Positions 34,774 to 47,874 of a DNA stretch of 64,000 bases are shown here, one piece after another. The position numbers were made by a program, and so were the translations under genes. Under the pieces are notes generated by a model, which had not been told where the DNA came from, searched no databases, and saw nothing but the letters and a program-made list of their open reading frames with translations. The stretch spans positions 19,778,001-19,842,000 of the forward strand of contig JBHGNT010000012.1 of the NCBI GenBank assembly GCA_043228905.1. The letters run 5' to 3'. Within the stretch, counting starts at the first letter, position 1, and the number at the start of each line of letters is the position of its first letter. The stretch is from Azolla caroliniana (lineage: Eukaryota > Plantae > Polypodiophyta).

Positions 34774-37700
34774 ATGGCAATGGGTACATCGACGAAGGGA
34801 TTATTCTACACATATCCATGGCAACCATTTGGGAACTGGAAGGTATCATAGCAATTTACAGAGCTTTATTGCATGGATTGCACATCTAAATTTTATAGAT
34901 TGTCTCCTCGTCTTCAATATTATAGTGGTTACTAGTTTTCTTAGTGATATTATAACAGGTTCTCCAATATATCCAAACTATTGTTTTCAAAAGCTTGCTC
35001 TTTTACCATTATGATCCTATAGTAGTTACTAGTTTTGCTAGAATTAGTCGTTTTCAAGAACCCCATAAACCCTAACCTTCTTTGCTATCATTAATTTAGA
35101 ATGAGTAAAACTTGTTACAAGTCGTTCCACATATGTTTTCTCCAATGTAAGGCTACTGATTTAGCATCAATACTAGATTGTAGTTTGCATGTTTGTTTAG
35201 AATATTTTGCCTTTGTAGATTCACACATATATACTATAAATATTTACATTTATAGACATCAATGTATCCTTGTGGATTTTATATCTATGGTTAGCAAATA
35301 CCCGATTTTCACAAGAAGCTCAAACTTATTTATATGGGAGCTTCTTGTGAGGTAGATCATGTTATCATTCTAATGCCTTCACAGTTGTAATCTTATATAT
35401 GTTAAGTCATGACTCATGAGTATGTTAATAGAAGATTTATCAACTCAAGTCTCACAGACACACACAAATATTGAATGCATTTATTGTCATTGATGTATGT
35501 GGTTATAACTCACAAGCATGTGTTTCTAACATTAAAGAAAGCTGCAAACAAGGGCCAACAAAACAAGATAGAGAAAAAGGTGACAGCACATTGGATACAA
35601 TTTAGTGCCTCTTTCAATTAAATTTTGTTGAGGAGTTTAATCTTTTATTATATAGTCCAAGGAACCTTAGCACTTGATTATACAAATATCACAATGAATT
35701 AATTTGATTTTTCCCATTTGGATGATATGCTTCCAAATAGTAAAGCAAGGATGTCATGAATTTATGGCGATTCAGAGTAGCATAGTTTTGAAATTGTCTT
35801 TAGAACTACCTTAAATCTTGCTCATGCATTTTTATGAAGTTTATTGATCTGCCCTCACCAAATTTGCGTTAAATCAGCTCGTGTCTAATGTGCAGTATCT
35901 CATGTTCTTAACTTTGGCAACATTGGCATACAATGACCACACTAATAAGGGTGTTTCTTGGAAACGCAACATTGGCTTGCACCTTTTAATCATTTCTGCA
36001 CTACGTTACTTGCTCTTTCAACTTTGGGGGACTGCCACTCGTCTTCCCACCATCTCTCGTAAATATCAAATTGTGAAAAAGGGAATCACGTTTGAACAAA
36101 TCGATCATGAAGCTAATTGGTAAATTATCCTTATCTTATTCAATAATAGGTTGATTTCGACTTACATCTTACATTCCTATAAATTACCTAGATACCTTAG
36201 CTTCTTTGAGTAGGGAATTAAAAACATCAAAACACCCCCTAGGCTTATTGGGTATTTATTAGGATACTCCTATATATATTTTGGCAATGTATTTAAACTT
36301 AGGAATGCATTGTTAAAAACCAATGAGTTACAAGCATTTGGTCGAGTGTCAAAATAATCCTAGAGTTAAAGAATTACTTCACATATTGTGTTCATATGTT
36401 TTGTTATCAGGGAGCATACCATTTTTGTCGCAGTAGTGTTGATTATGGCAGGAAGATTGGTTTTTCCTAAGGACTTGGAAGATCAATTGAAACCATGGGA
36501 TGGGAAAGGATTAGCAATAGCTTTTCTTTTACACATGGGGCCTGTAGAATGGCTATACTATTGGGCACATCGAGCTCTTCATCATCATTATCTATACACA
36601 CGCTATCATTCCCATCACCACTCCTCGTTTGTTACACAACCTATCACTTGTGAGTATTCACACTTTTTTGACCTGTGCGATGTAAGCTAGAGCTAAAACT
36701 TTTACTCATATTATGAACAAACTACTTTTGATATTTGATTTGATGATTATGCTGTAAATGAAATAACTTAGATTTGATACTTTTGTAGCAAGTAATCACC
36801 CTATGTTGGAGAGCTTATTCTACAATGTACTCTTTGGGATACCCATTGGCGTGCCATACATCCTAGGCTATGGATCGTTTGCAAATATTTATATATATGT
36901 ACTATTCATAGATCTAATGGATGCATGGGGTCATTGCAATTTTGAATTCATCCCGAAGCGGTTATTTGACATAATCCCACCGTTAAAATACATCATATAT
37001 AGTCCAACGTAAGTCTATAATGAAATAAATTATCTATGTGCATATACACCATATAAAAATGCTTTTAAGTATATTAAACCAAATGGTTTGTTATATGAAT
37101 TGCAGGTTCCATGCCTTGCATCACACAAAAGTGCATACAAATTTCTCACTTTTCATGCCTCTTTATGACTACTTATACAATACTACAGACCCAACAACTG
37201 ATGAGCTCCACCATCAAATACGCGAGGGTATAAGTGCATGAATTCCTTACAAATAATTTAACTATTGTTCAAATAAGATCTCGAATGGAATTCATGTATT
37301 GGAATTTCCGTATTTATTGAAGTAATATGCCCCGTCACTTGTTTATGCTAACGACAATTGTTCCTTTTTTGCATATGAAAGTTTTTTATTCTTCTTTTTG
37401 TAGATTATTGTCAATATTAGTATGAACACACACCCCCATATATTGTTGGTGCTAGTTTAAATAAAGATTATGAGCTTTCCAATTTATTTTTTGTTAGTGT
37501 TCATTTCAATAATATGTATTGATCTTTGGATTTTGTTAGGCCACGAAGACAAAGTTGATTGTGTATACCTAACTCATCCAACTGAAGTACTCTCATTTTT
37601 CCATCTGCCGTTTGGATTCCAAACTTTTGCTGCTCAACCATTTTCAAAGAAGTGGTATATATGGGCAATTTCACCATTATCCCTTCCCATTATGTTGCTA

Positions 37701-39631
37701 TTATGGATGTTTGCAAAACCATTCACAGTTGCAACACACTTCGTTGGCAAAAGCTTTGAACTCCAAACATGGTTAATCCCCCGCTTCAAATTCCAGGTAT
37801 ATAACTATTGTACTAAGAAAATTTGCATAATTATTCCCTTAACTATAACTAGGTAGAACCACATCTTTGTAAATATATACAAGAATATATGTATGTAAGA
37901 TTTGTAGGAATTTTCATTTATATTTACGCATCTTATAATACATGTTGGATTCATTGTTTTTTGCAGTACAACATCAACTTTGAGAAGTCAAGAATCCAAA
38001 GTTGGGTTGAAAACTGCATTTTGGAAGCTCAAGACATGGGCGTGAAAGTTATTGCTTTAGGATTGTTGAATAAGGTAGATAATTTGGTCCTTATAATTCA
38101 TCATCATGCATTAGGAATATGTCTCATTGCTCCTTTGTTATAAGATCATTATCAGGTATTGGTGAAAAGAGTCACCCTCAATACAAATTTGAATTATGCC
38201 AAGATGGTTGATTTGTTTCCAATGAAAAGACATAGATTTTTAGTGAGACATTAGACAAAGACATAACCACTGATAAATAGGTGTGATCTAAAATTTGATG
38301 CCTTTTTCTTTTTATTTGTAGGACCAAGTTAGTCACGAATTTTTAAGCAACGAGGCTGTGAACATACCTATTGTGAATGGGGATACTTTAACATCAGCCA
38401 TTATTATTAAGAAAATTGAAGCTCTAAAGGAAAACAATATATTCCTTGCACAAGCTCATACACGTGTTGGGCAAGCCATTGCAAAATACCTTTGTGAGCA
38501 TGGAACAAAAGTTTTGGTAAGAATTAACTCCTTTGATGTACATGCTTTATAGATCTGTACTATCATAAAAGTTTAGTTAAAAGTGTTTTCTATTTGCACA
38601 ATGTTGAGTTTGTTAAAAATTCAAGAATATAACTATTAACTGATATTAATTAAAATAAGTTGAATGTCGGTTAAAACTCTTTAGGCAATGTTTCAATCAA
38701 GAGAGCAATTCAAAAATTTATGTGGGAAGATTGATGCAAATTTCAAAAACAATCTTATGTATGCGACTAGTTATGAAGATGGAAGGAACTCTATGGTAAG
38801 ATTATAAAATTGGTTCATGTTCAACTAGCTACCATCACATGCGGTCACCTTTTGAGCTAGATGTTGTCTATGTGCTAGGTATGGGTGGTTGGCGAAGAAA
38901 TAGGTGCACAAGAACAAAGATGGGCACCTCCCAAGGCGACATTCCACACGTTTACAGTTTTTCCTTTACCTTCTTGCAGACGTGATTGTGTTTATGAACC
39001 TGTCCCAAGCCTCGAGTTACCTAATAATGCCAAAACCATCAATGTGTGCGAGGTAGAAAATGTCCTTCTAAGCATTACTTTTAAAAAAATTACTTGTGTT
39101 AAAGTTTGAAGTTACTCTTGTTGAGATGTTCAAAAGAATAAGACAAAATGTGGATAATTAATGGGAAAACATTAAAGTAACCTAAATTGTTAGAAATTTA
39201 CCAAATTACCCCTCCGTATAGCACAAAATTTACTACCCCAAAGGGGTTTTTGTTATCCGATGAGTTAGGGGTAAATTGGTCCTCCCCTATGCTACATTTA
39301 AAGGAATTAATGATTTTGCATTATACAATAACTTTGTAAATTTTGAATATATATAACCTTTGGAACATTAATGAACATTCACAATTAGATTTTTATTTCA
39401 TTTTTTCAAGCATGAGAACAATTATTATATCCATCGAGATTTCATGGTCTGATTATTTTCTTGTTTCAGGACATAATGCCTAGGAATGTTGTGAGGGCTT
39501 GTTATGCTGCAGGAATGATTCATTCACAAGAAGGATGGAAGCATAATGATTTTAATGATGAGATATCGACATATGTCATAGAACAGACTTGGGAATCTAC
39601 TTTAAAACATGGGTTTACACTACCAAAATAA
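34774..39631 (+). CDS. CER1: CER1/CER3-family very-long-chain aldehyde decarbonylase (fatty acid hydroxylase domain + WAX2 C-terminal domain), 11 exons, 626 aa
   Basis: Exons 34774-34842, 35896-36119, 36411-36649, 36789-37008, 37106-37227, 37540-37796, 37967-38074, 38322-38516, 38685-38795, 38879-39052, 39470-39631. All introns are GT-AG, phases are consistent, total 1881 nt. His boxes HRALHH, HSHHH, HALHH; also GHCNFE, QRWAP, EGWKH and KHGF motifs. Confidence 0.93.
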
Positions 39632-40429
39632 AGTTCGTACATATGCCTTTATGTAAATATAATATTTCCGTTATTATTTGAGAGGCCTATCCCAATCATG
39701 GTCTTGTAAAGGTCACTAAACTCCATGTAACATAAAACTTTCAGAAACAATGCTATTTATGTGTGATTTATCGACCAAGATTTAAGATACTTCTTACATG
39801 CCATTATAAAGACTTATTAAAATCCATGTTTTGCTCTAGTATATCTAAATGTCATTTTACACCAGGGAACAAATGTGTACATGCATGCATATTTTCTATA
39901 TTTAAAGGAAAGAGATTATAAATAATGCATGGATTATAAAAACTAGAAAATTAAAAGGGATTACGTGGCAATGGTCTATGCCTTACATGGTGTACATTAG
40001 TGGTGCGCTTTGACTGATATGTTGTAGGTTCATAGAAGTCTAGTTCAAAATATTGAAGAAACAAACACAAGAATATCATTATTCTAAAATGATATAATGC
40101 AAGAAATTAATCGGAATTGTTATGATTTTTTTGGAAAACCTTATCAAAATTATTACAAATAGTAAATAAAGTCATCAAGAAAAACTAACCGAAATGATGG
40201 TTATCGATTAAGGTTGCAAAACAATTAAAAAGAATTGCTATGAAAAGCTTGCTATGTAGTCAGCCCCCTTCAATGCATGCAATCAAGTTTCGTTTGGTGA
40301 TTGATGCTAGTAATCCTACCATTGAAACAATTGGGCCCTTCGAAGATGCATTTGACCTTACTGTTTAGTCACTTACCTCTATTTGTAGTCTAGAGTCTAG
40401 ACATTAAATAGAAATATTTTGTCTAATTG

Positions 40430-42733
40430 ACTAATATGCTCTATCTACAAGGCAATGATGATAATTTACAGCTTGCTGAAATTCGAATTGAGTTGTTTTG
40501 TAGAGCATCAGGAGGGAAAATCAATTGGAACAAAAGCAAGGGATTTTGGGTAAGTTCAAACCCATGGCCTCTTTGGTGCCCTAATGCTGATTTTCAATGG
40601 GTCCCCAATGGAATGGCTGTTAAATATTTGGGTTTTTTGGTGGGCGTTGAGACACCCAAAAATCAGCAACTTGAGCAAGTGAAAGACAAAATCAGAAAAA
40701 AGCTTCGGGTGTGGGCATCAGTAAAGCTCTCTCTTGCAGGTAGGGTGGTCGTGGTAAACCACATTTTGTTAGCCACCATGTGGCACTCGGTGGCATGTTG
40801 GGTGTTAGACAAAACTTGCATCAAAAATATTAAGGCAATGGTGAGAGGGTTCCTATGGTCGGGTAGAGACCATGAGAGGGCATCAGCTAAAGTGGCGTGG
40901 AGTTGTTTGATCAAGGCGAAAAACCAAGGTGAACTTGGGTTGGTGGATCCAGTTCACCAAAGTAAAGCTTTACTAGGTAAGCTACTTGTGCGAAGTTTAC
41001 AACCTGGTCCTGAACTGTGGAAGTTGCTTCTTAGGGATAGAGCTGACCTTTGGTGTCCAAGGAATGGCGGCCCTTGGAAGGCAAAGATGTGGTGGTTGTT
41101 CAGTCCAGATTTAAAGCTGAAACAACCAAATAGCATGGAGGACAGGGTGGCCCGTGCCATAATGATGGCTTGGTCAAGTGTAAGAGATGGGTTGGTCTTA
41201 ATGCAACCGAAAACATTGGAGGAACAACTCCGACAACCGTTATTTTGGAACCCTAGGATTAGAAACGAGGACGGCATGATGCTTGGACAGAAAAAATATT
41301 TGCCATGGGGCCGCATGTTAGGGTACAATGTTAGTTCAGTAAGAGAGTGGGATGTTTTCAAAATGAAGAGGAGGGAGGGTCAGTTTGGTAGCATTTCTTG
41401 TAGGCTTGAGAAGGTGACCCAACTGATAAATAAGGCTGTTGATGGTCTAGATAGGTTGGATAAGGAAGAGGGGGTCTGGTCTGGGTGGTTTGTAGGTGAG
41501 AGTGATGGACAAATTATCCGTGGCAAGTGTCCATCTAATGAATATCGTTTGTGGGGAAACCTAAGTGCTTTGTCCGACAATGGTCAGTGGTTGGCAGTGC
41601 GGGTGGCAGTGTTGGAAGGTAAGAAGTGGCAATTAAACCCAGACCCAGGGAAGCTAGATAATGATTGTAAACTATGGCTATTGGACAACAAGCCTCTACA
41701 TGATTTGGAGTGGGATCCACTAGAGGTATGGTGGCAAAAACCGGGAACGAACAAACTGGTGGGGTTTTTTGATTATAGTACTAAGCTCGGAAGGCAAATC
41801 ATTGGCTCCAAATCAGTGGGTGCTGCTCAAACTCGCAATAGTTGGAGGGATAAAGGCATATCAGATGACTTGTTGAAGTCGTTTTGGCGGAGACTATGGG
41901 CATCTGATATGCCAGAAAAAATCAAGGTGTGGTTTTGGCTTCTTAGTCATAAGGCGTTACCGGTAGGGGAGTGGATGAGGTCTCGTGGTGGGGAGGCTGG
42001 TTGCCTGTTATGTGGTCACTCTTTGGAATCGATACCTCACTGTTTTTGGAATTGTGCAGAGGCAATCAGCATTTGGGGTCGAAGTCTCAGGATAGTGGCA
42101 GCATGCGGGGTGAATGGGAGAGTTGTGTGGGGGTCCTTACAGGGTTTGAAACTAACTAAGGAAGGTTGGGCGGAACAATTAAATCCACATGGTCATGGTT
42201 TTATATTGCAGGGCGGCAGTGTATTCAAAAGTGTTGGAGTAGAACCTGGTACAAACTCTGGTTTTTTTGAGGAGATATGGATGTTGGTGGCATGCTTCTC
42301 GGTCTGGCACATTTGGACCAGACGATGTATGTTTGTTTTTCAGCAACGAAAACTCCCAAGCGGTGAGGTGTTGCTAAACATTTGGTTCGAGCTGGTATCT
42401 TGGCTGCGCGGACAGTACAACTCAATTGAAGGGAACTCGGATGCAGCAGACAGGGCTCGCTCAAAGTTTTTGCTGAAATGGGGTCGCTCTCCTATGATGG
42501 TTAATTCAGCGTCTGGTCCTAAATGGAATTACCAAGCACCAAGATGGCTGTTTCCGCCATTGGCTTCGTTGTGAATATGTGGTCACAATGGTGGTCACTA
42601 TGTAAAAAGAGGCAGTGGGTTACTCTTGTTGTAAATAGTTAGGTGAGGATTATGCTGTTTTGATTATGGCTGTTCTTCGATGTAATTCTTTTGCTAACTA
42701 ATGGGAAGTAGTGTTTTTTTTGGAAAAAAAAAT
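40430..42733 (+). mobile_element. 5'-truncated L1-type LINE (ORF2 C-terminal part with zf-RVT, 3' UTR, short poly-A)
   Basis: 715-aa open frame starting just after the RT catalytic motif; INWNKS, KYLG, LSLAGRVVVVNHIL, KVAWS, CLLC...ESIPHCFWNC. A-run at 42724-42732. No TSD seen. Confidence 0.9.
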
Positions 42734-43284
42734 AAATCTAAAGTTAGAACCGTTTTTTATAATTGTAATAGTCATATTTGAAGAGAGATTTAAAAGTCTA
42801 GAGCACCGCACATTTCAGTGTAAGTACATCATTGGTTCAAATATCCATTAGTCCTTTCTTACCTCATGTGTTAATCTCCTTCCAAGTTACCAGTTATAAT
42901 CGCTACAAGCCACATGGTATTAGAGCCAAGATTGGTGAAAACCTCAGTATTATCCCCTAAACCTCTAGCCATTGTCTTTGCACACACAAAGTCATCCATC
43001 ATCAATATGGCTACCTCTAGTAGGAAATATATCCTAGACAAATTAACATAGAGGAATTTTAAAAACTAGAAGCGGAAGATATAATTGGTGAGGGTTCTTG
43101 AAGAGGATGGTACTAAAAGAATGAAAAACATTGAAAGATTCGAGAGAAAATGGTTCAATGTCGTGATGTGGCGTGTTAAGTATGAGAAAAAAATGAAAAG
43201 TGAGGTTCTATGCACCTTACACTGGTCATGTAAAAATGAAAACAAATAAATAATACATAAGTAATGACACCCCCAATAAAAATT

Positions 43285-43625
43285 CAATTTGGATTTGAAC
43301 CTTGCACCTTCAAGGTTGAAGACAATTGGCTTACAAAGCTACAATTGAGTGCGTTAAATTTTATATATTCCCTTTTCATATTCAAAATTGCATAGGAAAC
43401 AACCATACAAAACCATGTGCACAAAAACCATGGCTCCAAGCCCATGGTTTTGTGCATGTCACAAGCAAAACCGTGTGCACAAAACCATGGCTCCAAGCCT
43501 ATGATTTTGTGCATGTCACAAGCGAAACCATGGTTATTACATAACAAAACCATGTGCACAAAAACCATGGCTCCAAGCCCATGGTTTTGTTATATAACCA
43601 TAGTTACACCATAATAACCATGGTT
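43285..43625. repeat. tRNA-like segment (minus strand, 43291-43341) next to a ~58-bp tandem repeat rich in AAAACCATGG
   Basis: GGTTCAAATCC B-box on the minus strand; unit AAAACCATGTGCACAAAAACCATGGCTCCAAGCCCATGGTTTTG in about 3 copies. Confidence 0.6.
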
Positions 43626-45479
43626 ACATGGCTTAGAGAAACCTATAAAAAACCCTCGTAGGGCTTGTCTAAGGGGGGGCTCATTGTTGATGATATCATC
43701 ATCATAATAATAGTCTTCTTCTTCTTACTCTTGTTCTTCTCAAGTGTACCAAATTTTGATCTTCTCAAGTGTAGCATTGTTTACCCTGACTCTTACATCC
43801 TTTTGTTAACTTGGTGAACGTCTTCCTTGGTCCAAGACCCCCGTGGTCCTGCTCCAGTAGCACACGCATGCACGATTTTACGTGACAATGCTTGGAAATC
43901 CTACTCCACGTAGATGACAAGCAAGCAAATATTATCGAGAGACTCACTGTAAAGAATCGAATATGATTTTGTGCAGTGGAAGAGATGTGTGTTATGTGTG
44001 TGTGTATGTGTGTAGGAGAGAGGAGAGGAGAGGAGAGAAACACAAGTTAGATTAGATAGAATGGAAAATAGAATACTCAAGAAGAAGATGTATATTAACA
44101 AGGAATATGAGATACAAAAATGTAGCATTACAAGGGAAGACAACTGACACTCTACGAAGTAGGAGGGTGCTTTATATAAGGTCACCCTCTCTCTTCATTA
44201 ACTCGACTACAACAACCACTTTGTCTTGGGGAATGTGAAGACTCATTAGTCATGGGGAATATGGAACTCATTAGTTATGTGTCATAGAATATCATTCTAT
44301 GACACATAGTTAATGTGTAGAGAGTAGTGGTGTGACTTTTGACCTTTGAGTTCTCATAGATTCTCAAAGGGTGTGTTCACACACAATGCTAGGTTGAGCT
44401 TGATTCTCAACACCCCCTCAAGCTCAACTCTGGTTGTTTCCTTTTGGTTGATGTCCGCTTCAGCTAGTATTCGGTTGGGATGATATCCGGTGTCCACTTC
44501 GGTTGGTACTCGGTTAAGACAATACCCAGTTCTCTCTTGTACTCCCCCTCAAGCTTGGCAAATCAGGGATCGTCAATCCAAGGTCTGACATGAATTGCTA
44601 AAGCTTGTCAGTTCCTAAGGCTTTGGTGAAGATGTCAACTATCTGATGTGTGCCGATGTGGTGAAGGTCGATATCTCCTGCTTGAACGCGCTCTCGAATG
44701 AAGTGATACTGCACTTCGATATGCTTCGTGCCTGCGTGGAACACCGGGTTTCGAGCCAGATGAACAATGCTCATGTTGTTGCAGTAAAGGGGAGTCAGAT
44801 TCGTGATGGGAATGCCCAAATGCTTCAAAATCCTCTTGAGCCATACCACTTCACATGCAGCCACGACTGCACCCTTGTATTCGGCCTCTGTGCTCGAAAG
44901 TGCAACTCCAATCGCTCCGTTGCTGAGGGAGAAAACAAATCTAGAGGTTGATTATCAATTGGCTCTATAGCCGGCCCAGTCGGCATCTATGTACCCTTCG
45001 TGTCGAATTGGTGTGGCCAATTCATAGAGAATACCACATTCCATTGTGCCGCTCACATATCGTAATTCTCGCGTAAAGCAATCCAAGTGAATGTCTCGTG
45101 GTTTTTGCATGAATTGGATGAGGAGACCGACCAAGTAGCTCAGGTCGGGTCGAGTGATCATGAGATAGATGAGGCTCTCGATTAGTTGTCGATATTGATT
45201 CGGCTCACACTCTTTTGTGCCGGAGTTGGCATCAAGTTTGAGATTTTGATCAAGAGAGGTTGCCACAGGTTTACACTCAATCATCCCGAACTTGTAAAAC
45301 AAGTTAAGGATGTATTATCGTTGAGAAATCATAATGTCGGTTGGAGTTTGAATTACCTCGATGCCAAGGAAGTAATGGAGTTCCTTCATGTCCGTTATCT
45401 CAAATTTGCTAGAGAGGTGGGACTTGACCTTGTTGATGTAGACGAGACTTTCACCTACAATGGCCCGATCATCCACATA

Positions 45480-46174
45480 CATAGATTGACATATTCGCAT
45501 TCGTCGGGTTTCCCATTCGAATGCAAATGAATACGAATACGAATGGGTGGTCAAGTATTCGTTTAACTAAAAAAAAAAAAACTTTGTCTTTTTCAATTTC
45601 CTAGGATAAAAAAAAGGAACTTGACAATAAATAGGGATAATAAAAGAGGGACTTGGGGATTTGACACTACTAAAATTTTATAATAAATGTATAACTTATA
45701 AGTTATAAGTATGTATTCGTTTTATTTTTAATAAATAAATAAAATAAAATAAAGGCTCATTAATTTCTCACTTTTTATTCCCTCAAAATTTATGGATATT
45801 TTTATTTTGACATTAAAAATTGTACTTCAAACTAATCATATCTTTAGAGTTCATACTAATCATATTTGTAAGTATAACTAAATTTTTATAATAAATGTAT
45901 AACTTATAAATTATAAGTATTCGTTTTTTAAAAATAAATAAATAAATTGATTAATTAAAATAAGTTTCATAAACTCTCTTGACACTATAATCTATTAATG
46001 AATAATTGTTCTTTTCTTGGTGAAATAAATTTATTTAAATAAATAAATAAATATTATATATATTTTTGCAAAACGAATGGGTTTTTAATATTCTTGGGGT
46101 CATTTCGTATTCTCGAATATTGAGAATATTGCGCATGGAGAATATCACGAATATCGCGCATGTGTCAATCTATG
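45480..46174. mobile_element. hAT-type MITE, family B
   Basis: TIR CATAGATTGACA...TGTCAATCTATG; 8-bp TSD TCCACATA; CGAATA subterminal repeats; inserted at the copia RT YVDD motif. Confidence 0.92.
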
Positions 46175-46571
46175 TCCACATATAGAATGATGACAATCAG
46201 ACTTCCCGAATCGCTTCTTGTGTAGAGGGAGTTGTCGGATTTCGACACTCGAAAGCCGATTAAATGAAGATATTGTGTTATCTTTGAATGCCAAGCACGT
46301 GGTGCTTGCTTAAGGCCGTAGAGAGGCTTCCTGAGTCGGCATACCTCCTCTTCTAATTCGCCTTGAAGAAAGACATTCTTGATGTCCATCTAATGGAGGT
46401 GCCGCCCTTTCGTTGCAACAAGCGCTATCATGGTCCGCATGGTTGTCATCTTTGCCACTAGGGGAAAGGTCTCTTCATAGTCGAATCCATCTGTTTTTGT
46501 GTATCCTTTTGCTACGAGTCGAGCTTTGTAGTGGTTAACGGAACCGTTGGCATGATACTTCACTTTGTATA

Positions 46572-47110
46572 TAACAATCGACAATGGTTCGGTTCGGTTT
46601 GAGAGTGTCCAAACCGAACCGTTTAAATTTTTTGAAACTTGAATCGAACCGAAGCACGAAGCACGAAACCATTAAACCGAACCATTAAACAATTTTCAAA
46701 CCGTTAAACCGTAAAAACCAAGGTTTCGTGGTTTGGTTTCGATTTTCAACATAGGTCAAATTTTTAATTTTTTAAAATTTATAATATTTCTTTTTTTAAA
46801 ATTTTTAAAATTTTAAAGATGTTCCTAAAATGTGAGAATAAGGTCTAAAAATGAAAAGATTGTTTAAAAATAATTTTTTAAATTTTTTAGAATTTTTTAA
46901 AATTCTTTTAAAAATAAAGATAAAAAATAAAAAATCGTTAAACCATTTAAACCGTGTGTTTTGACTATTGAAATCGAACTAAAACCGAACCAAACCGTTA
47001 ATAAAAACCTAAACCTGAACCGAACTGAACCAGATCGTTGAAACTGTTAAGCCGTTAAACCGCGGTTTAGCGGTTCGGTTCGGTTCAAACCGAACCGTTG
47101 CCGATTATTA
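46572..47110. mobile_element. hAT-type MITE, family A (second copy)
   Basis: Same TIRs and interior as 6932-7388; 8-bp TSD TTTGTATA; splits the copia RT motif WIYKVKY. Confidence 0.92.
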
Positions 47111-47874
47111 TTTGTATATCCATCTGCAACCGATTGCCTTCTTGTGCGGTGAGTGGGGGACGAAATCCCATGTCTTGTTTTTGCATAGTGCCTGCATCTC
47201 CTCGTTCATTGCTTCGACCCATCGTGGATCTTTTGTTGCCTCGTAAATAGTTTTCGGCTCACGAACTATCGCCACCTTCATCATAAAGGCATAGTATACA
47301 CCATATAAGTCATTGTAGACGAATCGGCTAACTGGATTTTTCTCATGGGTGGAGCGACGGAGTTTCTCATTTGCCGATGTGAGTGCTTTCTTAACTCTGG
47401 GTGACCTCATAAGAGGCACAACAAAGCAACCGAACTCACTGTCGAGTGAGTAAGTTGATTCGTTGCCATCAAATTGATCGTGTTCATATTCCGGCATTTT
47501 GGCCTTGCCTTTGTCCATCTTTGGACTTGGCCAAGACGTGCTTTGGTCGCTCGGGGGCTCTTGTGGCCAACTGAGCCTTGTCGTAATTGGACTTTCTTCG
47601 AACATATGCCTCAGTTGATCCTCATCTTTTGTGTTGTCAAGGTCATTCGTAAATTGTTCGGAAGGACTCGGCTCGGGTTCATACCATGATGCCAAATCGT
47701 CAAAGATGACGTCTCGACTTACACGAACCTTCAGAGTTGAGAGGTTATAGCACTTGTACCCCTTTTGCTCCAATGAGTTGAGAGGTTATAGCACTTGTAC
47801 CCCTTTTACAAGGATACATTTCTCCGACTTAGGATCGAGCTTCTGTCGCTTTTTTGTATGTGCACATATGCAAG

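Larger units (their letters stand above)
43948..47874 (-). mobile_element. 3' half of a decayed copia element (3' LTR 43948-44412, RH, RT, IN end) carrying two MITEs
   Basis: Minus-strand LTR TGTTGAG...TTTACA; PPT complement CCCCCTCAAG; fragments TKHIEVQYHF, DADWAG, LYGLKQAPRAW, KARLVAKG, KGYKCYN. Confidence 0.88.

Noticed and set aside
42780-43080. PBS-like TGGTATTAGAGC at ~42915 with a preceding LTR-like stretch
   Set aside because: Probably a copia 5' scrap, but too short and unbounded to annotate.
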